Shown: positions 18,145-27,474 of the stretch, in pieces
How positions within the stretch are numbered: position 1 is the first letter of the stretch
Layout: the number at the start of each line of letters is the position of its first letter
Source: Spirochaetota bacterium
GTDB taxonomy: Bacteria > Spirochaetota > UBA4802 > JAFGDQ01
DNA length: 64,000 nucleotides
Direction: 5' to 3'
Assembly (NCBI GenBank): GCA_043803405.1
Contig: JAZDKB010000020.1
Coordinates: 1-64,000 of the forward strand
Notes under the pieces: generated by a model
What the model saw: only the letters and a program-made list of their open reading frames with translations
Told to the model about the DNA's origin: nothing
Databases searched by the model: none
Made by a program: the position numbers and the translations under genes

Positions 18145-18464
18145 CGTTGATAGCAAATCGTAAGTGGCAAATTCTCACTGAACGTAAAAAGATTACGCGT
18201 CTTCGAAATATGAAACATTATCCAGCAAAATAAATATTCGCGATACATAAACAAAGGCACATCCCGGTTAAGCAGATGGGCAAAATTTTCAAATTTTTGT
18301 CCTTTTGCAGCTACCGCAATATATGAATTAATAACTTTATCAAGGTTGGCTTTTGCTTCTTCGACGCTCTCACCAGTTGCTGAAAGATTTAACGTAATAC
18401 AACCGGCAAAAAACAATCCTGCTTTTTGAATAATATAACATCTTACTTTAAAAGATTTCTTCAT
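18141..18464 (-). CDS. hicB: HicB-like antitoxin
   Basis: FFAGCITLNLSATGESVEEAKANLDKVINSYI, the HicB N-terminal fold pattern. Confidence 0.7.
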   Translation of the reverse strand: MKKSFKVRCYIIQKAGLFFAGCITLNLSATGESVEEAKANLDKVINSYIAVAAKGQKFENFAHLLNRDVPLFMYREYLFCWIMFHISKTRNLFTFSENLPLTICYQR

Positions 18465-18559
18465 GAATATAACCCGACAAATATCCTTCAACTAAAATAT
18501 AATAATATTATCGCAAAAAAGAATTAAAAAAATCAAGCTTTTTAATAAGCGTTTTAAAT

Positions 18560-19246
18560 TTACTCGCTCAGGAATGTCAGATCCACTCCCTCGAGTTTCT
18601 GCATTAAGACCATAGGCATAATATACGACTTATAGGAATTGCGGTTCTCGACTATTTCCAGAATGAATTCAGTCCGCCGTTCAAGAAACTTCGGATGAGT
18701 GCAAACAAGTTCGAACTGTATCTTATTGCCTCTGCTTCTGTTTTCTGTTCCGGAGTCCGGCAGTTTGGGCCAGAAATGAAAAAAGCCTTTCGTTGCTTTA
18801 TTGGTAATGTAAGGATTTTTCCATGAATCATCTATCATTTCCGCAGGTTTCTTTTCATAAAGAAGGGTTACTGCAACGGAAGGAATAATAGAGAAAGTCG
18901 TTTCTTCCAGAATTTCGCCAAGGATATGAGGCAGAAAATACTCTCTTGCTTTTTCTTCCTGCGCTGTCTTTAATTCGGACGACCTTCTTTTCTTTATAGT
19001 ATTAATAGCTTCGTGCGTAAGCAGAAGAATGTCTGTCTTCTGCTGAAAAACAAACTGCGAATCTATTTTACCGTGCAGCATTCCCCGTTCGCTGGTGTAA
19101 TATCTGGGAGGTATTCTGTTCAATACATAAGTGATTATATCGTCTCTGTAAACACGATCACTATCATTGTTGTCCTTTGAGGTTTTTAAAAGGACTTCGT
19201 CCACAAGCGCTGTAACAATATCTTCCATTAAATTTTTAACTGCCAT
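18560..19246 (-). CDS. ComFB-family protein with C-terminal extension
   Basis: VKNLMEDIV..DIITYVLNRIPPRYYTSERG is the ComFB signature. Confidence 0.8.
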   Translation of the reverse strand: MAVKNLMEDIVTALVDEVLLKTSKDNNDSDRVYRDDIITYVLNRIPPRYYTSERGMLHGKIDSQFVFQQKTDILLLTHEAINTIKKRRSSELKTAQEEKAREYFLPHILGEILEETTFSIIPSVAVTLLYEKKPAEMIDDSWKNPYITNKATKGFFHFWPKLPDSGTENRSRGNKIQFELVCTHPKFLERRTEFILEIVENRNSYKSYIMPMVLMQKLEGVDLTFLSE

Positions 19247-19349
19247 TAATTACCCCCTGATTTTTTATTTTTATTGAGAGGTTCCGGGAAATTGCTTCTA
19301 CTTATAACCTTAGCGGCAACCGCAGGTTTTAAGGCAGCAGGACGCTCTC

Positions 19350-21788
19350 CTATCTCTTTTCCTTTGATTTTGCTTTTTTATTAAAGGCTATTTTAATGGC
19401 CTCATCAACCTCTTTTACAAAGTAAAATTTAATGCCTGTTTTAATATATGCAGGTATTTCCTGCAAATTTTTTTCATTTTCCTTAGGCATAATGATTTCT
19501 TTAAGGCCTGCCCTTTTGGCTGCTATAAGCTTTTCTTTAATGCCTCCAACGGGCAGTACTCGTCCGCTAAGGGTAAGCTCTCCGGTCATTGCCAGACGGG
19601 GCCTTATCACCTGCGCCGTTGCGAGAGAATACAGGGAGCATGCCATTGTTATGCCTGCCGAGGGCCCGTCTTTCGGGGTCGCCCCGGCCGGCACATGAAG
19701 ATGGATATTGTTGCTGTTAAAATAACCGTTCTTACTGTTATCGTCTCCCAGGAGATGCTGAACATAGCTGTAAGCAATATTTGCCGATTCCGCCATTACG
19801 TCTCCCAGCTGGCCTGTAAGTTTCAGGTTACCTGCCTTTGCGCTTTTTATGCCTATCGATTCTATAGTGAGAGTATCCCCGCCCAGCGATGTCCACGCCA
19901 GCCCTGTTACAAGGCCGGGCTTTGTATTTTTCGCCAGTTCATCATCAGCAAAAATCTCAGGGCCGAGATATTCCCTGATTATTTTATTGTCCAGCATTCC
20001 GGCAACATATTTTTCATTCTTTGCTACTATGGAAGCTATTTTTCTACAGATCTTTTCAATCTGGCGCTCCAGGTTTCTTACCCCCGCTTCCCTTGACCAT
20101 GAATTTATGATATACAATATAGCGCTTTTATCGATTTTAACCGATCCTTTTTTAAGCCCGTGCTTCTCAATCTGCCTCGGTATAAGATATCTTTTAGCTA
20201 TCTCGTATTTTTCCTCTGAAACATATCCCGAAAGCCTGATCACTTCCATCCTGTCCAGAAGTACGCCCGGAATGGTATCCAGCGTATTTGCGGTAGTTAT
20301 GAAAAATACGTCCGATAAATCAAACGGCAAATCGAGATAATGATCCCGGAATTCCGTATTCTGTTCGGGGTCCAGAACGTCCAGAAGCGCGGAAGCGGGA
20401 TCGCCCTGGTAGCTCTGGCCGAGCTTATCGATCTCGTCCAGCATAAACACCGGGTTCCTCGACTTTGTAATACGCAGGCCCTGGATGATTTTGCCCGGCA
20501 TTGCGCCTATGTATGTTCTCCTGTGGCCTTTTATTTCAGCCTCATCCCTCATTCCGCCAAGAGACATTCTGAAAAACTTTCTGTTAAGCGCCTTGGCTAT
20601 CGATTTGCCGAGGGATGTTTTGCCCGCACCCGGAGGCCCCACAAGGCAGATAATGGAACCCTTGGCCTCTTTTTTAAGTTTTTTGACAGCGAGGAATTCC
20701 AGTATTCTTTTCTTTACATCGTCCAGGCCATAATGGTCTTTATTCAAGATTTTCTCCGCTTTCAAAAGATCATAGGAATCGGTAGTTTTAATATTCCACG
20801 GCAGGGATAAAATAGTTTCCAGGTAATTTCTCGTAACCGGGTACTCGGATGAATTCGGATCTACAAGAGCGAGCTTGGCCAGTTCGTCGTCCGATTTCTC
20901 TTTAACTTCGCCCTCCAGTTTCAGCTCTTCCAGTTTTTTCTTAATAGCGTTGATATCGCGCGTGCGTTCATCCGCGTCCATGCCGAGTTCCGTCCGTATT
21001 ACTTTCAGCTGCTCGCGCAGAAAAAATTCCTTTTGCTGCTTGTCTATCTTTTCATTGATCTGGTTCTGTATCTTTTTCTGCAGAGTAAGAACGTCCATTT
21101 CCTTTTGCAAAAGCTGCAGAACCCTCTCAAGTCTTTGTCTGACATTGATGGTCTCAAGGATTTCCTGATATTCTTTCTTTTCAAGGTTAAGGATTGATGT
21201 AACAAAATCCGCTATTTTGCCTGGCTCGTCCACATTTACCATTGTGAGTTTCATCTCTTCTGTAAAGAGCGGATTATTTTCAGAGAGCAATTTAAGCTGG
21301 CTAAGTATCGATCTGGTCAATGCCTTGATTTCAATGTTCTTTTTAACGGCTTCATCGTCGAGATACTCTACCTGTGCGATAAAATGCGGCTTCTCGGAAA
21401 TCATCTTGCTTATTTTAAAGCGTTTTATGCTGTTTATAAGGACATTTATTCCGCCGTCCGGCAGATTGATCTTTTTCAGAATTTTAGCCGCAGTACCGAA
21501 TGAGTAAAGATCTTTAATATTAATATTGTCAATATCGTCTTCTTTTAAAAGGACAAGTCCGATTGTTCTGGAAGAATCGATTACTTTGTCGATCGCTTCG
21601 GAAAATTTTCCCTGTGAAATAATAAGCGGTGTAACAATGCCCGGGAAAATAGGCCTGTACCTTATAGGTATAATATAAAGCTGGGCCGGAAGAACGTGGT
21701 CTATAGATACAAGCTCGCTTCCGTATAAATCTGCTTCTATTTGATCAATCTGGATCTCATCATCCAGAATCACTTCGTCTTTTATCAT
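19350..21788 (-). CDS. lon: ATP-dependent Lon protease
   Basis: LON N domain, GPPGAGKT, LDEIDK, PKDGPSAG, VGGIKEK. Confidence 0.97.
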   Translation of the reverse strand: MIKDEVILDDEIQIDQIEADLYGSELVSIDHVLPAQLYIIPIRYRPIFPGIVTPLIISQGKFSEAIDKVIDSSRTIGLVLLKEDDIDNINIKDLYSFGTAAKILKKINLPDGGINVLINSIKRFKISKMISEKPHFIAQVEYLDDEAVKKNIEIKALTRSILSQLKLLSENNPLFTEEMKLTMVNVDEPGKIADFVTSILNLEKKEYQEILETINVRQRLERVLQLLQKEMDVLTLQKKIQNQINEKIDKQQKEFFLREQLKVIRTELGMDADERTRDINAIKKKLEELKLEGEVKEKSDDELAKLALVDPNSSEYPVTRNYLETILSLPWNIKTTDSYDLLKAEKILNKDHYGLDDVKKRILEFLAVKKLKKEAKGSIICLVGPPGAGKTSLGKSIAKALNRKFFRMSLGGMRDEAEIKGHRRTYIGAMPGKIIQGLRITKSRNPVFMLDEIDKLGQSYQGDPASALLDVLDPEQNTEFRDHYLDLPFDLSDVFFITTANTLDTIPGVLLDRMEVIRLSGYVSEEKYEIAKRYLIPRQIEKHGLKKGSVKIDKSAILYIINSWSREAGVRNLERQIEKICRKIASIVAKNEKYVAGMLDNKIIREYLGPEIFADDELAKNTKPGLVTGLAWTSLGGDTLTIESIGIKSAKAGNLKLTGQLGDVMAESANIAYSYVQHLLGDDNSKNGYFNSNNIHLHVPAGATPKDGPSAGITMACSLYSLATAQVIRPRLAMTGELTLSGRVLPVGGIKEKLIAAKRAGLKEIIMPKENEKNLQEIPAYIKTGIKFYFVKEVDEAIKIAFNKKAKSKEKR

Positions 21789-21924
21789 ATTCTATCCTTA
21801 AAAATTATTAGTTATCAACTGCTTAATCCTGCGCGAAGCCTCCCTATGGGACTGAAGGCTGTCTTATGCTAGCATCTATATAGTTGCTTTGGGCAATTAA
21901 AATTACGTTCTATCGCAGTTGCCC

Positions 21925-22121
21925 TTCCAGCCCCCTAACCCCCTGAAGGGGCACATTCGGGAAAATATTCATATTATATATTATATCTTTAATCAGATGT
22001 ATTATATTATCTGCTATTTTACTCTTTATTCGTTGCTTTAAACCTTTTAACCACTAAAAATAAATATTGTCAATTCAACACCTTTCCAATTATGCCCCCT
22101 CCGGGGGTTAGGGGGCTGGGA
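21925..22121. repeat. REPIN-like inverted doublet of the G/C-rich REP around an AT-rich spacer
   Basis: TTCCAGCCCCCTAACCCCCTGAAGGGGCA (21925-21953) versus TGCCCCCTCCGGGGGTTAGGGGGCTGGGA (22093-22121). Confidence 0.75.
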
Positions 22122-22367
22122 GCAAAGCATATTTACAACTAAAAAAATCAGCGTAAGGCAATCCTGCCCTTTAGAGCATATTCAATGTTGTTATGCTCTC
22201 ATAATAGCATATTTTGAGCTAAAATCAATAATTAAATATTATGCAGAATTCGTGCCCGTTTTAACATAAAAAGTCAATATTATTTTTAAATATTTACTTG
22301 CCAATAAAAACAGATGCAATATGCCTCTAAAGCAAATCTAAAAAGGTTATACAGGAGTTATTGATTT

Positions 22368-23636
22368 ATGGATATTTACAGGATAAAGGGCGGGAAAAAA
22401 CTAAACGGAGAGGTTGCCATATCCGGCTCAAAGAACGCTGCTCTTCCTATCATCGCTGCCAGCCTTTTAGCCGACGGCGAGACAACTCTAATGAACGTCC
22501 CTACCCTGGTAGACATAAAGACAATCTGCAAAGGGATAGAATTCCTGGGCGCAAAAACCGAACATGATGCTAAAACCAATATCTTAAAAATAAAAACCGG
22601 CCCGCTTAAAAACAATATTATTCCCTATGACCTGGTTAAAACAATGAGGGCTTTGTATTATGTTATGGGCCCAATGCTTGCAAGAATCGGTGAGACTGTC
22701 ACTTCGCTGCCAGGCGGTTGCGCCATAGGCGAAAGGCCTATTGACATTCATCTTTCCGGGTTTGAGGCTCTTGGAGCGAAAGTCGAAATTGAACACGGGT
22801 ACGTAAAGGCGAGAGCGAGAAAACTTAAGGGCACAAAATTCGTGATGCGCAAGGTCTCGGTAGGAGCAACGGCGAACATTATGATGGCTTCAGTGCTCGC
22901 GAACGGCGAAACGGTGCTGGAAAACTGCGCTATGGAACCTGATATTACGGATCTCGGCAGATTCCTGATACAAACGGGCGCGGACATTCAGGGCCTTGGC
23001 ACTGAAACTATCTGCATAAAAGGAGTTAAAAAGCTGCATCCTGTCACCTACAGCGTTATGCCGGACAGGATCGAGGCAGGGACATACTTAATCGCAGGCG
23101 CTATCACGAGAGGCAGGGTAAAAATAAACAATGTTGTGCCTGTGCACATAGGTTCGCTTATCCATAATCTTAAAGAGATGGGATTTTTAATTTCACAGGG
23201 TGACGACTGGGTAAAAATTGAGCCCACTAAAAAAATAAAGGGCGCAATTATACGAACAAATCCGTTTCCAGGGTTCCCGACAGACCTGCAGGCCCCAATG
23301 ATGTCGCTCATGACTACTGTGCCGGGCATAAGCGTTATGATTGAAACCATATTCGAGAAAAGATACACGCATGTGCCGGAACTGCGCAGAATGGGCGCTG
23401 ATATTACACTCGAAGGCGATGTGTCCATAATAAAGGGCACTAAAAAGCTCTCATCCGCCACTGTTATGATGTCCGATCTGCGCGCGGGCGCTGCCCTTGT
23501 AATTGCGGGCCTTGCAGCGGAAAACACGAGCGAGATAAGAAGGATTTATCATTCCGACAGGGGTTACGAAAAATTATCTGAAAAGTTATCAAGCCTTGGT
23601 GCCGATATTAAAAGGGTGGAAGGCGGTAAAGGATAG
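22368..23636 (+). CDS. murA: UDP-N-acetylglucosamine 1-carboxyvinyltransferase
   Basis: SGSKNAALP, LPGGCAIGERPID, PDRIEAGT, PGFPTDLQ, DLRAGA. Confidence 0.97.
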   Translation: MDIYRIKGGKKLNGEVAISGSKNAALPIIAASLLADGETTLMNVPTLVDIKTICKGIEFLGAKTEHDAKTNILKIKTGPLKNNIIPYDLVKTMRALYYVMGPMLARIGETVTSLPGGCAIGERPIDIHLSGFEALGAKVEIEHGYVKARARKLKGTKFVMRKVSVGATANIMMASVLANGETVLENCAMEPDITDLGRFLIQTGADIQGLGTETICIKGVKKLHPVTYSVMPDRIEAGTYLIAGAITRGRVKINNVVPVHIGSLIHNLKEMGFLISQGDDWVKIEPTKKIKGAIIRTNPFPGFPTDLQAPMMSLMTTVPGISVMIETIFEKRYTHVPELRRMGADITLEGDVSIIKGTKKLSSATVMMSDLRAGAALVIAGLAAENTSEIRRIYHSDRGYEKLSEKLSSLGADIKRVEGGKG

Positions 23637-23644
23637 AAACGCTT

Positions 23645-23673
23645 TTCCCCCTAAATCCCCCAAAGGGGGACTT
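23645..23673. repeat. REP-like palindrome CCCCCTAAATCCCCCAAAGGGGGACTT
   Basis: Same layout as the CCCCCTAACCCCCTGAAGGGG copies. Confidence 0.6.
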
Positions 23674-23770
23674 AAAAAATTAAGTAAATTAACCTGATCC
23701 ACTTAGGCTGGTTTTGTGTAATCTTTGATGTTAAGAACAAAAGTAATTATAAAATTATAAGTAATATACC

Positions 23771-23853
23771 CTCACCCACCTAACCTCCCTCTCCCATAAA
23801 AATAGGCGAGGGAGGAACAGGGTGAGGGCATCAAAGCCTAAACAGGGTGAGGT
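23771..23853. repeat. REP element CCTCACCCACCTAACCTCCCTCTCCC...GGGTGAGG (empty form)
   Basis: First 21 bp identical to 15261-15281; two ACAGGGTGAGG copies downstream. Confidence 0.7.
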
Positions 23854-23871
23854 CTTTAACAGGACACCAAT

Positions 23872-24708
23872 ATGCTAAGAGGAATATACACAGGCGCGAG
23901 CGGGATGATAACCCAGCAGGCAAAGCTGGACACTATTGCCAACAACCTTGCCAATGCAGATAAAACCGCTTATAAAAAGGACATCACGATATTTAAAGCA
24001 TTCCCGGATATGGTGATCCGTAGAGTAAACGACGACGGCGTAGGCATTGTGCCCGCAGGCTCGTACGACACCATGCCGTTCGTGGGCAAGCTCGGCACAG
24101 GCGCGGAAGTGAACGAAGTCTACACCGAGTTCGAGCAGGGCTCGCTTCAGCGCACTGAGAACCCGTTCGATCTTGCACTTGAAGGCCGCGGATTTTTCAC
24201 AGTGGAAACCGAAAGAGGCGACAGGTACACGCGCGACGGCGGATTCACGGTAAGCAGTGAGGGCCTGCTTGTAACAAAAAACGGGAACCCCGTGCTTGGC
24301 GAAAATGGCCAGATCAAGGTGCAGGCAAACAATTTCATGATAAACGAACGCGGCGAGGTGCTTGTTAACTCGGCCATTTCACTCGAACCGCGCGACGTGG
24401 TAAGCATGGCGAACAATAACTGGGAAGACCCAGTGGTTATAGACAAGCTCAAAATAGTGGATTTTGAAAACATACACGAAATAAAAAAGGAAGGCGATGC
24501 CCTTTACAGGGAAACCGAGCTTTCCGGCCCTCCTATTCCGCCCGAAAACATAAAAGTGATTCAGTCATTCCTTGAGAAGTCGAACGTGAATGCTGTACGC
24601 GAAATGGTGGATATGATAGAGGTGCAGCGCGCTTATGAAGCAAATCAGAAAACCATACTTACTCATTCCGACACTCTCGGCAGGCTTATTAACGAAGTAG
24701 CAAGATAA
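23872..24708 (+). CDS. Flagellar basal-body rod protein, FlgF/FlgG family
   Basis: MLRGIYTGASGM..IANNLAN, DLALEGRGFF..YTRDG, LEKSNVNAVREMVDMIEVQRAYEAN. Confidence 0.92.
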   Translation: MLRGIYTGASGMITQQAKLDTIANNLANADKTAYKKDITIFKAFPDMVIRRVNDDGVGIVPAGSYDTMPFVGKLGTGAEVNEVYTEFEQGSLQRTENPFDLALEGRGFFTVETERGDRYTRDGGFTVSSEGLLVTKNGNPVLGENGQIKVQANNFMINERGEVLVNSAISLEPRDVVSMANNNWEDPVVIDKLKIVDFENIHEIKKEGDALYRETELSGPPIPPENIKVIQSFLEKSNVNAVREMVDMIEVQRAYEANQKTILTHSDTLGRLINEVAR

Positions 24709-25085
24709 AGCATTTGCAATTGTCCTCTCAATTTTTAAAAAAAATCTGAGAGTACCAGAATTATCTTATCTTAGTGTGTTCTACAGCATCGTGTAAGCTT
24801 AATTCTTTTTCATCCTGAATGAACTTTAAAAACATATAAAAATTTCCCCTGTAAATCAATATCATCCTCCATGCCGCATTCATATTAGTTGACAAGCCCT
24901 GCCGCAAATCTTATCTTAGGCTCAAGATATTAAATAATTCCTGCCGGATGTCTTTGCCGGTAGATTTAAACAAAGCAGCCTTAACAAAAACATACCTGGC
25001 AAAATATTGTTATTTATGAATGGATGCAGGCGCAGGAATTCAGCTCATCAAATATGGATTTGATATTCAGCACAGGAGGCGCACA

Positions 25086-26150
25086 ATGAAAGTTATACGT
25101 TTACTAACAGTCCTGGCAGTTCTAAGCGTTTTGCTGCTTACAGCATGTGCTTCATCGGACACCACAAAGGTCACTGTTTATTTTGCAAAAGACAAGCAAG
25201 CTTCTCTTGAGCAAAATAAGCTTCCTCTTATTGACAGATTCCTTAATCTCTTTACAAAAAAAGCTTACGCGCAGCATCAGCCTGAAGATACTGCAAATTA
25301 TTTCCTTTATATAACCGCAGATGATATGGATACAGTATATACTCCTTTTATAGATGGAAGCTATACTTCCATTAGCGTTGAGGTTCCTTCAGGGAAAAAC
25401 CGGGTATTTACAGTATTTTCATTCAGTCCTAGTGGAAATTACAATTATGTAGGTCAGAACACCGCGAATTTAACCGGTGGAAATACTTCAATTTCGATAA
25501 ATATGTATCCATGTTTAAATAATATTATTGTGACCAATAGTGGATATATGTATATAAATTGGACTTATGATTCAACCCTTGATGATAAATATCCTTATGT
25601 AAAAATTTATCGAGCCTGTTATGGTACAGATCCGTCATGTGATGGCACTATAACAACATTAACAACAACGTGGCCTTTTGGAACAGGTGGAACTGGTACT
25701 TATCCTGATATGGATAGTTTTATTGAAGGAAATTTTTATTATTATTTTTTAAGTGTTGATACTGGATCATTCGCCAATGGCGGATTAATTGCCCCAACGA
25801 ATTTTTCTGATTTTTTTACTAATTATAATTTTATCGCTGTTTATATGATGGGTGAATATTATGTGCCAGTGACAGCCGCGTCATGGGTAGGGACTTGGCT
25901 TGGAACGACGACTTCAACCTGCGGCTACTACTCTGGGTCATTAACCTTTAATATAACGTCAACAGGCGGCAATGGATTAAACTTCGCCTGGAGTACACCT
26001 TCGTCTGGTTCAGGAAGTTACACTGGTACATTTTCTGGGAACACCGCAACTTCTGATAATGGCAATGTCATTTTTTATGTTAATGGCCATACGCTGATAT
26101 CTACAGAGGCAGATTCATGTCAAACAGGGACGTTCAGTAATAACTTTTAA
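25086..26150 (+). CDS. Lipoprotein with T/S/G-rich beta-strand C-terminal region
   Basis: AGGAGG RBS, MKVIRLLTVLAVLSVLLLTAC lipobox. Confidence 0.75.
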   Translation: MKVIRLLTVLAVLSVLLLTACASSDTTKVTVYFAKDKQASLEQNKLPLIDRFLNLFTKKAYAQHQPEDTANYFLYITADDMDTVYTPFIDGSYTSISVEVPSGKNRVFTVFSFSPSGNYNYVGQNTANLTGGNTSISINMYPCLNNIIVTNSGYMYINWTYDSTLDDKYPYVKIYRACYGTDPSCDGTITTLTTTWPFGTGGTGTYPDMDSFIEGNFYYYFLSVDTGSFANGGLIAPTNFSDFFTNYNFIAVYMMGEYYVPVTAASWVGTWLGTTTSTCGYYSGSLTFNITSTGGNGLNFAWSTPSSGSGSYTGTFSGNTATSDNGNVIFYVNGHTLISTEADSCQTGTFSNNF

Positions 26151-26274
26151 ACCACTCAAAGCAAAACATATGAGGTAAACTTCTATTGAACAAAAATCAA
26201 TTTAGATTCATATATATTCAATAGTGTTTAATTAAAAAATCATTATTATAAATCAGTTAATTCGAGGTAGAGAA

Positions 26275-27003
26275 ATGAAAATTAAAAAAGTATCAATATT
26301 CATTTTATTAATCCTGGTATTAAGTTCTGCGTCCTTTGCAGAAGTAACAGTAACCTCTGTCAAAGGACAGGCCAAGTACAAGACAGGCAATCAGTGGCTC
26401 GACCTTGCGCCTGGCGCAAAGTTAGCGCAGGGAACAAAGATAAGCACAGGCGTGAATTCAAGCGTAGTGCTTAACATAAACGGGGATACTGTAACAGTAA
26501 GGCAAATGACAATGCTCAAGATAGAGGAGAATGCACTTAGTACAAAGGAATCGAGCACAAAAATAGGGCTTAAGCGCGGCGGACTTAATGCCAGGATATC
26601 AAAAGTAAAAACGCTTAGAACTAATTTCAGAATAAGCACGCCGGTGGCAACATCTAGCGTAAGGGGAACTGAAGAAGAGGTGTTCTACGGCCCCGGCACG
26701 GGCATGCTTGTGAAGGTGCTGGAAGGCGAAATACTGACAATGAACAGGCTCGGCTTTAACAATCACATACGCGGCAGGCTCGAGTTCAGGCAGGATAATC
26801 ACAAATCCTCGCCCGGTAACATCGCGGGCAATCTGATAGACGAAACAAAAGGCGGCCTTGTAGGCAACCTTACAGATGAAGAAAAGCAATATCTCGGATT
26901 GTCGTCGGATTTAATAAACAAAGTCGATACGGTTATCATGCCGCCTATTTTCTCTTCCGGTTCCGGAAGCGGCAATGTAACTGTAACTCCTGTATTCCCA
27001 TAA
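26275..27003 (+). CDS. Exported FecR-domain protein
   Basis: Signal peptide; ISTGVNSSVVL..FRISTPVATSSVRGT FecR pattern. Confidence 0.8.
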   Translation: MKIKKVSIFILLILVLSSASFAEVTVTSVKGQAKYKTGNQWLDLAPGAKLAQGTKISTGVNSSVVLNINGDTVTVRQMTMLKIEENALSTKESSTKIGLKRGGLNARISKVKTLRTNFRISTPVATSSVRGTEEEVFYGPGTGMLVKVLEGEILTMNRLGFNNHIRGRLEFRQDNHKSSPGNIAGNLIDETKGGLVGNLTDEEKQYLGLSSDLINKVDTVIMPPIFSSGSGSGNVTVTPVFP

Positions 27004-27027
27004 TACCAAAACAAAAAGGTGCAAGAA

Positions 27028-27474
27028 ATGAGAAACCTAATTATATCTGTAATTATTTTACTGGCCATGCTGGCCATGCCGGTACTTCCAACGCAGGCAC
27101 AGCTTGCAGCGCAGGCTTTTAACGAAGTCGTTTTCCTTGACGCACTCGGGAAAAAGAACACAGCCACTGTGGGCGACGCGTTAATACTTTTCGAACTCGT
27201 TATCGGAAAGAAACAGCCCTGGCATAAGGACGGTGCTGCAGGCAACGCCGCTCTCAAAAAAGGCTTCATCGCTCTGAAGGTTGCGGACGCCCTTAAGCTG
27301 ACGGACTCCGCAGTCTACACCCTGTTCAAATTCGAACGCTATGCTTTCCGCGCCTGTGTTGCGCACGGACTGCTTAACGCGGACGGGAGCGAATACGATT
27401 CCATGAGCGGCGAAGAACTCATCGAATTCCTTACTCTTGCGTCGGAATATAAAAGCAAAGGAGCCGCCAAATGA
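27028..27474 (+). CDS. Exported hypothetical protein
   Basis: Signal peptide ending TQA; ATGA overlap with the next gene. Confidence 0.7.
   Translation: MRNLIISVIILLAMLAMPVLPTQAQLAAQAFNEVVFLDALGKKNTATVGDALILFELVIGKKQPWHKDGAAGNAALKKGFIALKVADALKLTDSAVYTLFKFERYAFRACVAHGLLNADGSEYDSMSGEELIEFLTLASEYKSKGAAK

Noticed and set aside
19270..19325. SAM-I riboswitch (TTATTGAGAG...GGCAACC)
   Set aside because: Wrong strand for the flanking genes, and the core P2/P4 motifs are missing.
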